A DNA stretch of 58,316 nucleotides from an uncultured Oligoflexus sp. (GCA_964236955.1 CAXSGP010000016.1:1-58316); one strand, 5' to 3'. Positions 38,996 through 49,175 are shown, counted from the stretch's first letter. The notes: a model not told the origin generated them from the letters alone. Program-made: numbers and translations.

Positions 38996-39949
38996 CTAGA
39001 GCTTCCTGCTTATACCTACTTTGCGAGCGATGGGTCGACTGTTTTTTCCACTGTCGAGGGTCTTAAAAACCAATTCGTCGCCAGCGGCGCGGGCCTTAGC
39101 CTGGATTCCCTCGACCGATCTTTCCAATCGCAATCGACTCATGAAGAGATTCTCCTGCGACACACTCAGCGAAAAAATACTTTGCCGCTCATGATCCTTG
39201 TTAAAAAACAGATCATAGCGGGACACAACCTCTTCATCACTGTTGAATTCCAAAATTCCGCCGACCTGGGTCCAGGCCGAAAAGCCAGCGGTGGAGACCG
39301 GAGCCGGGGCCGCTTTAAGCCATTCGGCTATCGGATATTCTTTGAGCTGATCTTTGACCAGTTTAAAATCGATGCTGGTTAGATCGTTGGTATAGCCCAG
39401 GCCCTGGGCGATTTCAGCCAGACCTGCCGGCGCGATCCAACCATGCACGGCGAAGCTTGTGGGCTTATTAAATCCTGCCTCAGTCAAGGCTGAGTGAGCG
39501 GCCCAAAAAAGCTTGGAGACATCGGCGCGGCTATACGCTGTTACCGGGATCTGCTGACCACAATCGTTCGTACAGAGTTCTTCGCCATATCCCCAGAAAG
39601 TCGGCTTGCTTAGGGGTATAACATCGGCGGCCTTTACGAGCTTGGCAGTCGGCACGAAATAAAGCCCCACCTCGTCGTTATCGGCAATGTGCTTTTGAAT
39701 GATTTCAAGATTGCTCGCGGCGCGGGGACCGTCTTGAAAATAGCTGGGATTGATCAGATGAATCATAGTCAGATCGGGAAATTTTATCCGGATCCTCTCA
39801 AGCGTCTCAAGATTCATCTCCTCGAGGCTGCCGCCTTCCCAGCGGACTATGAGATAGGCGTCGAGGCGGTTGGCCAAGACTTCGGGAGAATGCAGACAAT
39901 AGAGGAGGATGAAGATTTGGCAAATTCCCAAAATCCACCGATAGGTCAT
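38996..39949 (-). CDS. Secreted polysaccharide-deacetylase-like protein (probably degenerate)
   Basis: Signal peptide; WEG, HLINPSYF, DEVGL, PTSF..GW fold pattern; catalytic D/H residues not obvious. Confidence 0.55.
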   Translation of the reverse strand: MTYRWILGICQIFILLYCLHSPEVLANRLDAYLIVRWEGGSLEEMNLETLERIRIKFPDLTMIHLINPSYFQDGPRAASNLEIIQKHIADNDEVGLYFVPTAKLVKAADVIPLSKPTFWGYGEELCTNDCGQQIPVTAYSRADVSKLFWAAHSALTEAGFNKPTSFAVHGWIAPAGLAEIAQGLGYTNDLTSIDFKLVKDQLKEYPIAEWLKAAPAPVSTAGFSAWTQVGGILEFNSDEEVVSRYDLFFNKDHERQSIFSLSVSQENLFMSRLRLERSVEGIQAKARAAGDELVFKTLDSGKNSRPIARKVGISRKL

Positions 39950-39981
39950 CGATAGGCCTCAAATCATATGGGGAGGATAGA

Positions 39982-41796
39982 TCAAGATTTCTTGCGTCGT
40001 ATCCAGGTAATAGCAACGGGTAAGGATAATATTAGCAAGAGGCTTGGCACCTGTCCACTGCCCCCGCCCGCATTCAAGACTCCGCAGCCCTTCGTGCCGC
40101 TTTTTTTACTGGTCCCCGCGCCTGCCGGACTCGTGGCACCCTTGTTCAGGAAGGTGGAAACATTGGATTTACTATTGTTCGAAGCGCTCACGGATTCACA
40201 GGAAACATCCGACAGAAGCGTTCCCAGGCCCCGCGTTTTCGCACGCGCGAGTATCGTCGAGCAATATTTGTCGGAAAATTCTGAGTGATCGACAAGCAAC
40301 ATGCCGACGATGAGGTGCTTATACCCTGAGTTGGAAACCAAGAGGTCTACCGTCTTTAGGACCATCGTCGTGATATCATCCTGAATGATCCCATCTTTGA
40401 CATGAAGATCCCAAAGCAGACCCGAGATGAACTGGCCCTTCAGGTGCGCTTGCTCTGGTAGATCTGCATCACCAAGCGCATAGTTATTTTCAGCTGAACG
40501 AAGACATTGTTTTGGTTTCGCACAGACTTGCAGGCCGATTTGGGTATCGGGACAGATGCTTTCACCCAGACAGGCGTTACCCGTGCGGGCAAAGGTGAAG
40601 AAGTCGGCAAGGGCTTCGTGGAGGACAAGAGATTCGCCCCGAATTTCGGTAACCGTACTGTAGACAACATGATGACCTAGCTCATGGCTCACGACGTCGG
40701 CGTCAGTACCAAGGTTTTGCAGAATATTATTGTCACCATCGCCGACGAGTATCATCGGTGTGCCCGTAGAGGTCGCGGGCTGGTAAAGGGCATTGTTGAT
40801 ATCGCCATTGATTTTGGCATGGGCCAGGAGCTTGATGGGAATATTGCCGAAATTTTTATAGCCGTGATTCTCAAGCCACTGCAAGGCTACGTTGGTATGA
40901 GCAAAGACGGAGGCTTGGGTAAACTTGTTGGAATCGTTTCCTGGATCGTAATTGTAGTTCCAATCCTGCTCTTGAGCAAAGCTATAGAGCGCCGTGCCTT
41001 CGCTCGGTTTGCATACGACTTTGTTCGCACTGGTTGGCAGGCAAACCTGAAAGTAAGGATTCGAAAGGAAACCCGTGGCATCCATTTCGCGAAGCGGAAT
41101 CGAGACTGCCGGGCCATCAATCTCGTTGGTTTCGTAGACCTTGGCTTCTCCGGTTTCGAAAAAGTGTTTGGGATCAAATTTATAAACTTCACTCGCATCG
41201 GCAATCATTTCATAGTTTAAACCGGCTACATTAACCGTCAACTTCCAAACGGGTCTCGCACCATCACTCCAGATACACTGATCCTGGGATTCGACTCGAA
41301 AGTTGGTGCCGAGACTTGCCATCAGCAGAGTTTCGCCAACGATTTTATTGATTTGTTCCTGAGTTGCCCATTGCTCACTGCGCAAAGACTCTGAGCTGAG
41401 GGGAGCCTGTGGAAAATCGCCCATTACCAATGTCGAGCCGTCCAGGGTTCTGTGAATCTTTACCTCTAAGTCACAGACCGGAACATTATCCAAATCGAAA
41501 CTAAATGCAGCCGATTCAATACGTTTGTCACCGATCAGACTTAAACCATCATAATTCTTTTGATGTAAAATAAATCGAGAACTTAGCCCCGATTTCCTCA
41601 GTTGCTCGGGCATCTGCTCATCAAGGCCAGGCAGCGTGGAGCGCATCGGGTCGAGGCTGCGCAGCCCCAGGCCCGAGGGCTTACTTCCTATGGACTGAGC
41701 AAAGATAGGCGTGCGGCCAGCCGCCCCCTGCTGGGCTAAAAGGGATCCCGGAATGAACAAAAGGCCAATCATTGCGAGATTTTTCGGATCGATCAT
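39982..41796 (-). CDS. Secreted M4/M36-like zinc metallopeptidase with C-terminal GC + TM + basic sorting tail
   Basis: NNALY, DADVVSHELGH, LHEALADF; tail KKSGTKGCG..LLLILSLPVAITWIRRKKS. Confidence 0.88.
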   Translation of the reverse strand: MIDPKNLAMIGLLFIPGSLLAQQGAAGRTPIFAQSIGSKPSGLGLRSLDPMRSTLPGLDEQMPEQLRKSGLSSRFILHQKNYDGLSLIGDKRIESAAFSFDLDNVPVCDLEVKIHRTLDGSTLVMGDFPQAPLSSESLRSEQWATQEQINKIVGETLLMASLGTNFRVESQDQCIWSDGARPVWKLTVNVAGLNYEMIADASEVYKFDPKHFFETGEAKVYETNEIDGPAVSIPLREMDATGFLSNPYFQVCLPTSANKVVCKPSEGTALYSFAQEQDWNYNYDPGNDSNKFTQASVFAHTNVALQWLENHGYKNFGNIPIKLLAHAKINGDINNALYQPATSTGTPMILVGDGDNNILQNLGTDADVVSHELGHHVVYSTVTEIRGESLVLHEALADFFTFARTGNACLGESICPDTQIGLQVCAKPKQCLRSAENNYALGDADLPEQAHLKGQFISGLLWDLHVKDGIIQDDITTMVLKTVDLLVSNSGYKHLIVGMLLVDHSEFSDKYCSTILARAKTRGLGTLLSDVSCESVSASNNSKSNVSTFLNKGATSPAGAGTSKKSGTKGCGVLNAGGGSGQVPSLLLILSLPVAITWIRRKKS

Positions 41797-41853
41797 ATAT
41801 GCCCCATCCCATCAGGTTCTGGATTCTGAGTGAATCTCAGGAACGTTCAGAGT

Positions 41854-41882
41854 TAATCGGTGCAACTGCGGAAAAGCTTGAG
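41854..41882 (-). promoter_or_regulatory. sigma28/FliA-like promoter
   Basis: CTCAA-N16-ACCGATTA upstream of the peptidase. Confidence 0.55.
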
Positions 41883-41901
41883 AGTTGTGACAATTTGCAA
41901 C

Positions 41902-41928
41902 AAAAAAGGCACCCTACTGAGGTGCCTT
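41902..41928 (-). terminator. Intrinsic terminator
   Basis: AAGGCACC stem followed by T-run on minus strand. Confidence 0.75.
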
Positions 41929-41952
41929 CAAAAGCGGAATGCGAGAGTCGAT

Positions 41953-42372
41953 TTAGGGGGTATCGCCTTGAACAAAGCGCCCTCTAAGGACCACGAGTCG
42001 CTCTGAGAGGACCGTTAAAGCCTCACCGAGGATTTCCGTTTCCCAGGTATCACCTTTTACATGCTGCTTGAGATCGGTCAGCCAGCTCAAAAGATCGTCG
42101 ATGAAGACCTTGCGGTCTTCTTTGATTGAATGGTCCATGCTTCGGTTTAGGTACTCTAGCCAACTCGGATCGTCGTCGGTGAGGAGGTTAACCAGGTTGT
42201 TGAGACGAACCGAGCCGTCTTTTTCTTCCCATCCTCCGGCGATACGGAAGGGGTATTGATCACGATCGGCTTTGTGGAGCCAAAGCCTAGAACGCCCGCC
42301 CAAATCGACGACTCGAAAGTCATTTGGTGATGCCCCATGAAAACCATCGGGTCTTTTCCAGATCAAATGCAT
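41953..42372 (-). CDS. Hypothetical protein
   Basis: GGGAG SD before MHLIWKRPDGF; protein-like composition. Confidence 0.75.
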   Translation of the reverse strand: MHLIWKRPDGFHGASPNDFRVVDLGGRSRLWLHKADRDQYPFRIAGGWEEKDGSVRLNNLVNLLTDDDPSWLEYLNRSMDHSIKEDRKVFIDDLLSWLTDLKQHVKGDTWETEILGEALTVLSERLVVLRGRFVQGDTP

Positions 42373-42596
42373 GCAGCTTCTCCCAAGCACGTTCAGGGAC
42401 GACCGGGATCTTAGCAGAAGAAAATGCCTACTTCTATGGACATATGTAGGGAATCGGTACTTCAGCTCCAGGAACCAAGAGTTTGCGTGCTGCTGCGACC
42501 TGCGGGGCATTTGACGAGTTTGCAATCGGGGGGGATTGCCAGGCCTGCCGGTGAAGAGCGTACCGTTGCGGGCCCACTCTTCACGGAAGTGCCAGA

Positions 42597-43040
42597 TTAG
42601 GCTGACTTGTTCGAGGGTTTTTCCCGACTGCTGGCCTTATTGTAACGTTCGACGAACTCCTGAAGGACAGTCCTCTGTTCGGCTGTGAATTCTTCGAACT
42701 GCACGCCCATACCAGCCGTCAGGTTTTTTTCTGGAATTGCTGCCTGAACCCAAATGACTCGGCCTTTGGCTTCCAGAGTTTCCTTAGAGTCGGGCAAAGT
42801 GAAGGTAAGCTCAACGACACTACCATGGCTTAGTGGCTGAGTTGTCTCAATAAAAACCCCACCGGTTCCTAAATCTCTGCAGAAATCGAAAAGGTAGTTG
42901 CCCTCCGAACGATAGTCCACAAGAAGCTGAACAGGAACTCTCTGGTGATCACGACCATCTTTTTGCATTTCGTTATCCGCTTCCGAGTTGGCTGCCTTAG
43001 CTTCCGTTGCTTTTTTGGATTTTATTGCTTTCGTAGCCAT
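42597..43040 (-). CDS. PilZ-domain protein (TIGR02266-type), c-di-GMP receptor
   Basis: RDHQR (RxxxR), DLGTGGVFI, GRVIW, GMGVQF. Confidence 0.9.
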   Translation of the reverse strand: MATKAIKSKKATEAKAANSEADNEMQKDGRDHQRVPVQLLVDYRSEGNYLFDFCRDLGTGGVFIETTQPLSHGSVVELTFTLPDSKETLEAKGRVIWVQAAIPEKNLTAGMGVQFEEFTAEQRTVLQEFVERYNKASSREKPSNKSA

Positions 43041-43068
43041 ATTTATCACCTCATCTCAACTTTTGGCG

Positions 43069-44097
43069 CTAGTGTTTCAAGGAAGTCTGGATCAACTGCT
43101 TAACAAAGCGGTTATGCTCTGCAAGTGTACGCGAAAAATTGTGATAACTCGAACCATCATTTTTAAGAACGTAGAACCGATAGCCCTCTTTCGTCGGCGT
43201 TAAAATCGCTTCCAGCGCCTTAATCGATATCGCTCCAATCGGCCCTGGCGGCAGTCCGCGATGGAGTCGGGTGTTATAGGGATTCTTCTCATCCTTCAGA
43301 TGTTTCCAGGTAATATCACCTTTATAGTCCTCGATGCCATAAATCAGCGCCGCATCGATACCGAGCCCTTCATTGGCCTCGAGGCGGTTCCAAATGACCT
43401 CGGAGACCTTGGCCATCTCCTCATCATGAAGTGTTTCTTTTTCGATGAGCGACGCAAAAGTCACGGCTTTGCGAAGATCCAGACCGACAGCTAAGAGCTT
43501 GGATTCAAGATCCGGCGGAAGATTATGGAAAAATGTATCCAGCATCTTCTCGAAGGCTACCAGGGGACTCGGCTTTTTTTCGAAGCCATACGTCGCTGGA
43601 AAGAGGAAGCCCTCAACATTGTCACCATGGATATTATATTTTTTCAGCAAGGCTTTGTCTTTAGCGATCAACCATAATTCTGCTTTGCTACCGACCCCAT
43701 TCGCCTCAAGCCGGTCTATGACTTGTTTGAGGGTAAAGCCTTCAGGAATCACGAATTGGACTTCAAAGGGTTCGTAGATCTTACCACTCTTGATGGTGTC
43801 CATCACTGTGACAGGCGACACAGTGCCTTCAAAACGATACTGTCCGGCCTGGAACTTGGCATAGTCTTGGTAAAATCGTACCCAGAGTCGAAAGCGCCAA
43901 GCGCTATCTATAACGCCATTTTGTTCAAGCTCGGCCGCGAAGTCCTGAAGGCGAACGCCTTTCGCAAGCTTGACAACCGTAGGTTCCCTCAGAGTCAGAG
44001 ATCGGTTTGACCAGACTGGCAGATGTCCATATAAATAAAATCCTAAAACGGCACACCCAAGTAAAAATGCTAATAGTAATTTGGCGAGACTCTTCAC
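43069..44097 (-). CDS. mltG: Endolytic transglycosylase MltG
   Basis: IPEG, EGFLFPATY, ASLIEKE, NPYNT...GLPPGPI. Confidence 0.95.
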   Translation of the reverse strand: MKSLAKLLLAFLLGCAVLGFYLYGHLPVWSNRSLTLREPTVVKLAKGVRLQDFAAELEQNGVIDSAWRFRLWVRFYQDYAKFQAGQYRFEGTVSPVTVMDTIKSGKIYEPFEVQFVIPEGFTLKQVIDRLEANGVGSKAELWLIAKDKALLKKYNIHGDNVEGFLFPATYGFEKKPSPLVAFEKMLDTFFHNLPPDLESKLLAVGLDLRKAVTFASLIEKETLHDEEMAKVSEVIWNRLEANEGLGIDAALIYGIEDYKGDITWKHLKDEKNPYNTRLHRGLPPGPIGAISIKALEAILTPTKEGYRFYVLKNDGSSYHNFSRTLAEHNRFVKQLIQTSLKH

Positions 44098-44283
44098 GCT
44101 CCGATCCTTCCTCTGTACCTATTAATCATAACACAGCCCTCTTGAGCCCGGGGCCTTGCCGGGACTAATCGCGACTATGTTGCGAGATCTATGAAGTAAG
44201 CCTTGTATCTTTTCTTTCTGCCCATATAATGACGCGTTCCATCGCGCTGAGCCATCCGTAGGCCTATTAGGAGCCCTTAAATC

Positions 44284-45069
44284 TTGGAAAGTCATGATAT
44301 TTTTGAGCTAGTCCGTGAAGGCTTTCCGCATCAGATCGGTTCTATGGAACAACTCTGTGAACGTGTGGCCTATCAATTTAAAAATCCGTCGCTTCTCCTG
44401 GAATCCCTGACGCACAGTTCGGCTGCCCGCTATGTTCAGAAAAAGAACCAGCAGCCCGTACCCATGCCATGGAATGAGCGTCTGGAGTTCCTAGGGGACT
44501 CGGTTCTCAGTCTGGTCCTGAGTTCTCTCCTTCTCCAAAGGCCAGAAAAGTTCCCCGAAGGCCAGCTTTCGAAGATCAGGGCGTCCCTGGTAAACGAACA
44601 TACCCTCGCTGCTATCAGTCAGGGCATAGACATCGGCTCCTGTCTTCTCCTTGGGCCGGGCGAAGAACGAGCCGGCGGACGCAACAAGGAGTCAGTCCTG
44701 GCCGATGCGCTGGAGGCTTTTTTTGGTGCCATCTATCTCGACGCCGGTATCGAGGGGGCGAAGAGAGTTATTCTCGGTCTTTACAAAGACATCCTGACAT
44801 CTTCCTTGACAGATCTGACGCAACAAGACTACAAATCTCGGCTACAGGAGCTGACTCAAGGAGCTTTCAAGGAAGCGCCCCTGTATAAGGTCATCAAACG
44901 AGAGGGGCCGGATCATCAGCTCGACTTTTCTGTAGAGGTCGTTTTTCGCGACCAAACTCTCGGTACTGGACACGGGCCTTCCAAAAAAACTGCCTCGCAA
45001 GAAGCCGCAAAAATGGCCCTCGCCACCTGGAAACAGTTGGAAGAATCAGGTTCTCTCGGTAGTTCCTGA
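44284..45069 (+). CDS. rnc: Ribonuclease III
   Basis: NERLEFLGDSVL, ADALEA..GAIYLD, dsRBD DYKSRLQE. Confidence 0.97.
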   Translation: MESHDIFELVREGFPHQIGSMEQLCERVAYQFKNPSLLLESLTHSSAARYVQKKNQQPVPMPWNERLEFLGDSVLSLVLSSLLLQRPEKFPEGQLSKIRASLVNEHTLAAISQGIDIGSCLLLGPGEERAGGRNKESVLADALEAFFGAIYLDAGIEGAKRVILGLYKDILTSSLTDLTQQDYKSRLQELTQGAFKEAPLYKVIKREGPDHQLDFSVEVVFRDQTLGTGHGPSKKTASQEAAKMALATWKQLEESGSLGSS

Positions 45070-45118
45070 TCATTTCTAACCATCAGCCTATACTCTCGCA
45101 ATTGAAAGGGAGTTGCCC

Positions 45119-46528
45119 ATGATAGCAGGGATAGTCGCCATTATTGGTAGACCCAATGTCGGTAAATCAACGCTTTTTAACCGCATGACACGCAGCACAA
45201 AAGCAATCGTCGATGATAGACCCGGTGTCACTCGTGACCGCCTCTTTGGCACGGTTTCCTCCGTAGAAGATGACGATGCAGGATTTTTACTAATCGATAC
45301 CGGCGGTTTCGAAACGAAAGATCTCTATTATCAGCCATTCGCCAAAAACATCGTCTGGGAACAAACCCAGCAGGCCATCACCGATGCCGATGTTGTGCTC
45401 CTCGTTCTCGATGGCAAGACCGGAATTCATCCCCATGACTTCCAGCTCGTCACTTATCTTAAAGAAAACGGCAAAAACGTCATCTACGTCGTCAATAAAA
45501 TGGATGGCAAGGAGCATGAATCCAACGCCCTTGAGTTTTATGAACTTGGGATCGAAAAATTCACGAGCGTCAGCGCTGCCCACAACCGGGGTGTCTGGGA
45601 TCTCTGCGCCGAAATCGAAAGTAAGCTCAACGAAAAAACCGATCTCAAGGCGCACAAGGCCGAGCACGAGGGTGCTGCTAAAGTCGCTTTGATCGGTCGT
45701 CCCAACGCCGGCAAGTCTTCTATTCTTAACCGCCTTTGCGGCGAGGAACGCTCGCTGGTCAGCGACATCGCCGGTACGACGCGTGATACCGTCGATACCC
45801 ACATGGTTTTCAATAAAAAACCATATATCCTGCTCGATACCGCCGGTGTGCGGCGTCGAAAAAAGATTTTTGATAAAATCGAAGGTCTGAGCGTCATGCG
45901 CAGCCTTCGTACCATCGAAGATGCTGATGTGGTGGTTTTGATCCTGGCTGCCGATGAAGGCTTATCGGACCAGGATGCCCGGCTTGCATCGCTTGCCATC
46001 TCGAAGTTTAAACCGCTCCTTATCGTCGTCAACAAGTGGGATCTTTATCCCAACAAGGAGACGAATTCGGCCCGCGATTTTGCCATTGATATTCATGAAA
46101 AACTTCGAGATGCGGCCTACATCCCGATCATCTTCGCTTCCTGCCTTGAGAATCAGCGCATTCACAAGATCATGCAAGCGGTCGAAGAACTCTATGCCAG
46201 CTACGAAAAACGCGTGAGCACGGGTAAAGTCAACGATGCCTTGCAAAAGGCGGTCCTGGCCCATACTCCCGCAATTCTTAAGCGTTATTCAAAGCGCGTG
46301 AAGTTTTACTTTGCAACTCAGGTCAGCTCGAAGCCGCCCACTATCGTGATCAAATGTAACGTGGCGGAAGAGATTCAGGAGTCTTACAAACGCTTTCTTG
46401 TTAAACGCCTTCGTACGGACCTTGAGTTTGGCGACATTCCTATTCGGGTCTTTTTCCGGGCCAAATCCGACGACAATGCCCGTCCCGATCGCCTCGATCG
46501 CGAAGTCGATGCTGAACTGAACGCTTGA
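45119..46528 (+). CDS. der: Ribosome biogenesis GTPase Der (EngA)
   Basis: Two G-domains: GRPNVGKS and GRPNAGKS, DTGG/DTAG, NKMD/NKWD. Confidence 0.97.
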   Translation: MIAGIVAIIGRPNVGKSTLFNRMTRSTKAIVDDRPGVTRDRLFGTVSSVEDDDAGFLLIDTGGFETKDLYYQPFAKNIVWEQTQQAITDADVVLLVLDGKTGIHPHDFQLVTYLKENGKNVIYVVNKMDGKEHESNALEFYELGIEKFTSVSAAHNRGVWDLCAEIESKLNEKTDLKAHKAEHEGAAKVALIGRPNAGKSSILNRLCGEERSLVSDIAGTTRDTVDTHMVFNKKPYILLDTAGVRRRKKIFDKIEGLSVMRSLRTIEDADVVVLILAADEGLSDQDARLASLAISKFKPLLIVVNKWDLYPNKETNSARDFAIDIHEKLRDAAYIPIIFASCLENQRIHKIMQAVEELYASYEKRVSTGKVNDALQKAVLAHTPAILKRYSKRVKFYFATQVSSKPPTIVIKCNVAEEIQESYKRFLVKRLRTDLEFGDIPIRVFFRAKSDDNARPDRLDREVDAELNA

Positions 46529-46542
46529 TCCATTTTCTTAAT

Positions 46543-46579
46543 AAAGCGCCGTTAATCCGCAGGTTAACGGCGCTTTTTT
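46543..46579 (+). terminator. Intrinsic terminator after der
   Basis: AAAGCGCCGTTAA / TTAACGGCGCTTTTTT. Confidence 0.88.
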
Positions 46580-46662
46580 ATGGTCCGATATATTTGAATT
46601 CCTGATTAACGTCCCGTTTAAAAAGGCATTTACCAAATAAAAGGTCCGAAGCCCAACAGTGC

Positions 46663-46691
46663 CTCAAGTTTCCCCATGACTAAGCCGACAC
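46663..46691 (+). promoter_or_regulatory. sigma28/FliA-like promoter
   Basis: CTCAA-N16-GCCGACAC upstream of the three-gene operon. Confidence 0.5.
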
Positions 46692-46719
46692 GGCCCATAC
46701 AGATCAATGAGGAAACGCG

Positions 46720-48378
46720 ATGCGAGCTAATCAAGTCAAACAAGCCTCAGTCCTGGTCATGGCAAACGGGCTGCTATTGTGCCAAAAGTCAACCCATAGA
46801 CCAATACTATCGGTAAGTTTAGCCAAACTTTTGGTTCTGTTCCTGGGGTGCGTACTGCTGGTCGGGCCGTTAGAGGCACGGACGCTCGTTGAATTGCGAC
46901 AGGCTGAAAAAATTGCTCTCACCCTTACCGGCGAACCACTCTCTGGTGATTTGCGGTCAAAATTCGTCAAGGGTGAGATTGAACTGGAGGAAATCGTCGA
47001 CAGCGTCGGTCAAAGCCCGGCCTTTATCGAATACTACGCTCAGTTCTGGACCAGAACCATCGGCGTGCAAAGTCCCCTGGATGCCTATCAACTGGAATCG
47101 CGGGAAGGCCGCTCGGTGGAAGACCAGGATAACTACGCGGGTGTCGATCGACTCACCGATGACTGCCCGGTAAGAAATGTGGAGAACCTGCAAAAATGGA
47201 TCGACAATCGCATCAATAAATTGCCGCGTATCCAGGTTCGCACCGATTGCGAAGATGCTCCGCGCATTGAGGTGTATTCTGACTTTACGGATTATCCTCA
47301 AACCCAGCGGGCGGTCGAAGCGGGAGTAGGCCCGGATGGCAATCCAATTCTTCCCGGAACCGCACCCCTGTGGCTCAAGGCGTGGACTGAGATCGTAAAG
47401 CCCGCCCGGGCCCACTGCGACGATGACAGCGTGATCATGAAGGTCTGGTGGGATCCCGCGACCGTGCGCGCCCATGCCAAGTACAAAAACGCCAAAGGCT
47501 ATCGGGTGCCGCCGTGGGTCCTTAAACAATGTGGCCCCATGCTGGCGAAATGCGGTATTAACGAAGCTCCTAAAGTTGACACTTATATGGATGAAGTCAA
47601 TCGCGATATGTCGATGGAAGCTGGCTATCTCATTGCCCATACCGTAGCTGAAAATAAGCCATTTACCGATATCCTGACGACCCCTAACACGATATTCACC
47701 GGGACCTATGCGTATTTCATGGGGCAAGGGCGTGGAAAGATACTTTGGGGGAATTTTCCTGGCGGAAAAATCACCGATCAGGCCAAGCCCATTTTCACCT
47801 CTGGAAATTTGCTGGATAACAAACACTATTGGGTGAATCGTGGTGAATTGCATGCCGGAGTCCTCACGACTCCCATTTATCATGCCGTGACCAATGGTCG
47901 GCGGGCCAAGGCCAATCGGGTATATGAAACCTTTCTTTGCAGAAAATTCGTAGTGCCTGCAGGAGCCAATCCCGATCCTTCGGATGCCAACCCTGATCTA
48001 ACGAAACGTGCCTACTGCAGCTACTGCCATCGCTCCCTTGAACCTATGGCGGCTTTTTTCAATAAGTGGCCCGCCACGGGTTCGGTCAATTATCTCTACG
48101 AAAACGACCCCAAGGTAAACGATAGCGGGCGCTTCGATGGTGAATCGGGGAGTGGGGCTGTCGCGCTTGGCAAAATTCTCGCGCAATCGGTGGATTTTGA
48201 GGACTGCAGTGTGAAAAGGGCTTTTGAGTTTGCCAATGGACGGAAGATGACGGCAACCGAGGCCAACAATTTATTGAACGATTATCGCGGCACTTTACTA
48301 AAATCAGGCATGAACATGCGGGCGCTTCTCAAAAGCATGGTCCTTTCCTCTGATTTCCTAGCACCTAAGGAGAAGTGA
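46720..48378 (+). CDS. Secreted DUF1549/DUF1585/DUF1588-like protein with a CxxCH motif
   Basis: HAGVLTTP, NGRRAKANRVYETFLC, CSYCHRSLEP, C-terminal LLKSMVLSSDF. Confidence 0.7.
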   Translation: MRANQVKQASVLVMANGLLLCQKSTHRPILSVSLAKLLVLFLGCVLLVGPLEARTLVELRQAEKIALTLTGEPLSGDLRSKFVKGEIELEEIVDSVGQSPAFIEYYAQFWTRTIGVQSPLDAYQLESREGRSVEDQDNYAGVDRLTDDCPVRNVENLQKWIDNRINKLPRIQVRTDCEDAPRIEVYSDFTDYPQTQRAVEAGVGPDGNPILPGTAPLWLKAWTEIVKPARAHCDDDSVIMKVWWDPATVRAHAKYKNAKGYRVPPWVLKQCGPMLAKCGINEAPKVDTYMDEVNRDMSMEAGYLIAHTVAENKPFTDILTTPNTIFTGTYAYFMGQGRGKILWGNFPGGKITDQAKPIFTSGNLLDNKHYWVNRGELHAGVLTTPIYHAVTNGRRAKANRVYETFLCRKFVVPAGANPDPSDANPDLTKRAYCSYCHRSLEPMAAFFNKWPATGSVNYLYENDPKVNDSGRFDGESGSGAVALGKILAQSVDFEDCSVKRAFEFANGRKMTATEANNLLNDYRGTLLKSGMNMRALLKSMVLSSDFLAPKEK

Positions 48379-48380
48379 CC

Positions 48381-49175
48381 ATGCGTATGCCAACTGCGTT
48401 CTACCTTTGCCTATGGCTCGCCCCCGCACTGCTCGGCGGGCTGGTGACCTGTAAAGCCAGCAGTTCCAAGCCGCCCAAACCACGAGCAGGCGATCCCTCA
48501 AATCCCAGCGATTCAGAGTCGGTGCCAACCGACGGCGGCGGTCAAGCTCAGAGCCAGCCCACCGATCTCGATCCCGATGCGGTTGATTCCGTCAGCCTGG
48601 AACTGAAACCAGGCGATGGCACAAAAATGCGATTTTTAAACGGTCGCGCTTTAACGCAGGTCTATGGGCGGGTGTTTAAGCCGGACGAGAACGGCTATGC
48701 TCATTGCGCCAAAGCTCCAGCGGTGGATTATAACGGCTGCAATTTCATATTCGCTGCCGAAGAAAGGCCTTCGGTTGGCTTTTTTGATCTCTATTCCCAA
48801 CGTATGGCCCGCGGCGTTCAAAATGTTGCGCAGACTGAGAATATGACTCTGAATTACCTGCGAAATCTACGGGCCGCTCTGGGCCGCGAATGCGGTCGGC
48901 TGGTCGAAAGGGAGGAGAAATTCTCCGCCGATGGCGATAGCACGAACTTCATCGTTAAAAAAGAGGGTCCGACGACGGCAAGCCTCGAAACATTTTTCAG
49001 AAGGCTCTTGGATATCAATGGTGCCGATATCAAGCTAAATATGCCCTTTGCCGACTATGTTCTAGCTTACAAAACGGCCGTCGCCATGGACCCTGACAAA
49101 GCTAAAGCCCAGCACAACGCCTCCATCAACCTCTGCCTGACGCTGGCGATGGACCCTCAGATTTTTCTCTATTGA
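48381..49175 (+). CDS. Putative lipoprotein, hypothetical
   Basis: LVTC lipobox-like; Pro/Ser linker; starts immediately after the upstream stop. Confidence 0.65.
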   Translation: MRMPTAFYLCLWLAPALLGGLVTCKASSSKPPKPRAGDPSNPSDSESVPTDGGGQAQSQPTDLDPDAVDSVSLELKPGDGTKMRFLNGRALTQVYGRVFKPDENGYAHCAKAPAVDYNGCNFIFAAEERPSVGFFDLYSQRMARGVQNVAQTENMTLNYLRNLRAALGRECGRLVEREEKFSADGDSTNFIVKKEGPTTASLETFFRRLLDINGADIKLNMPFADYVLAYKTAVAMDPDKAKAQHNASINLCLTLAMDPQIFLY

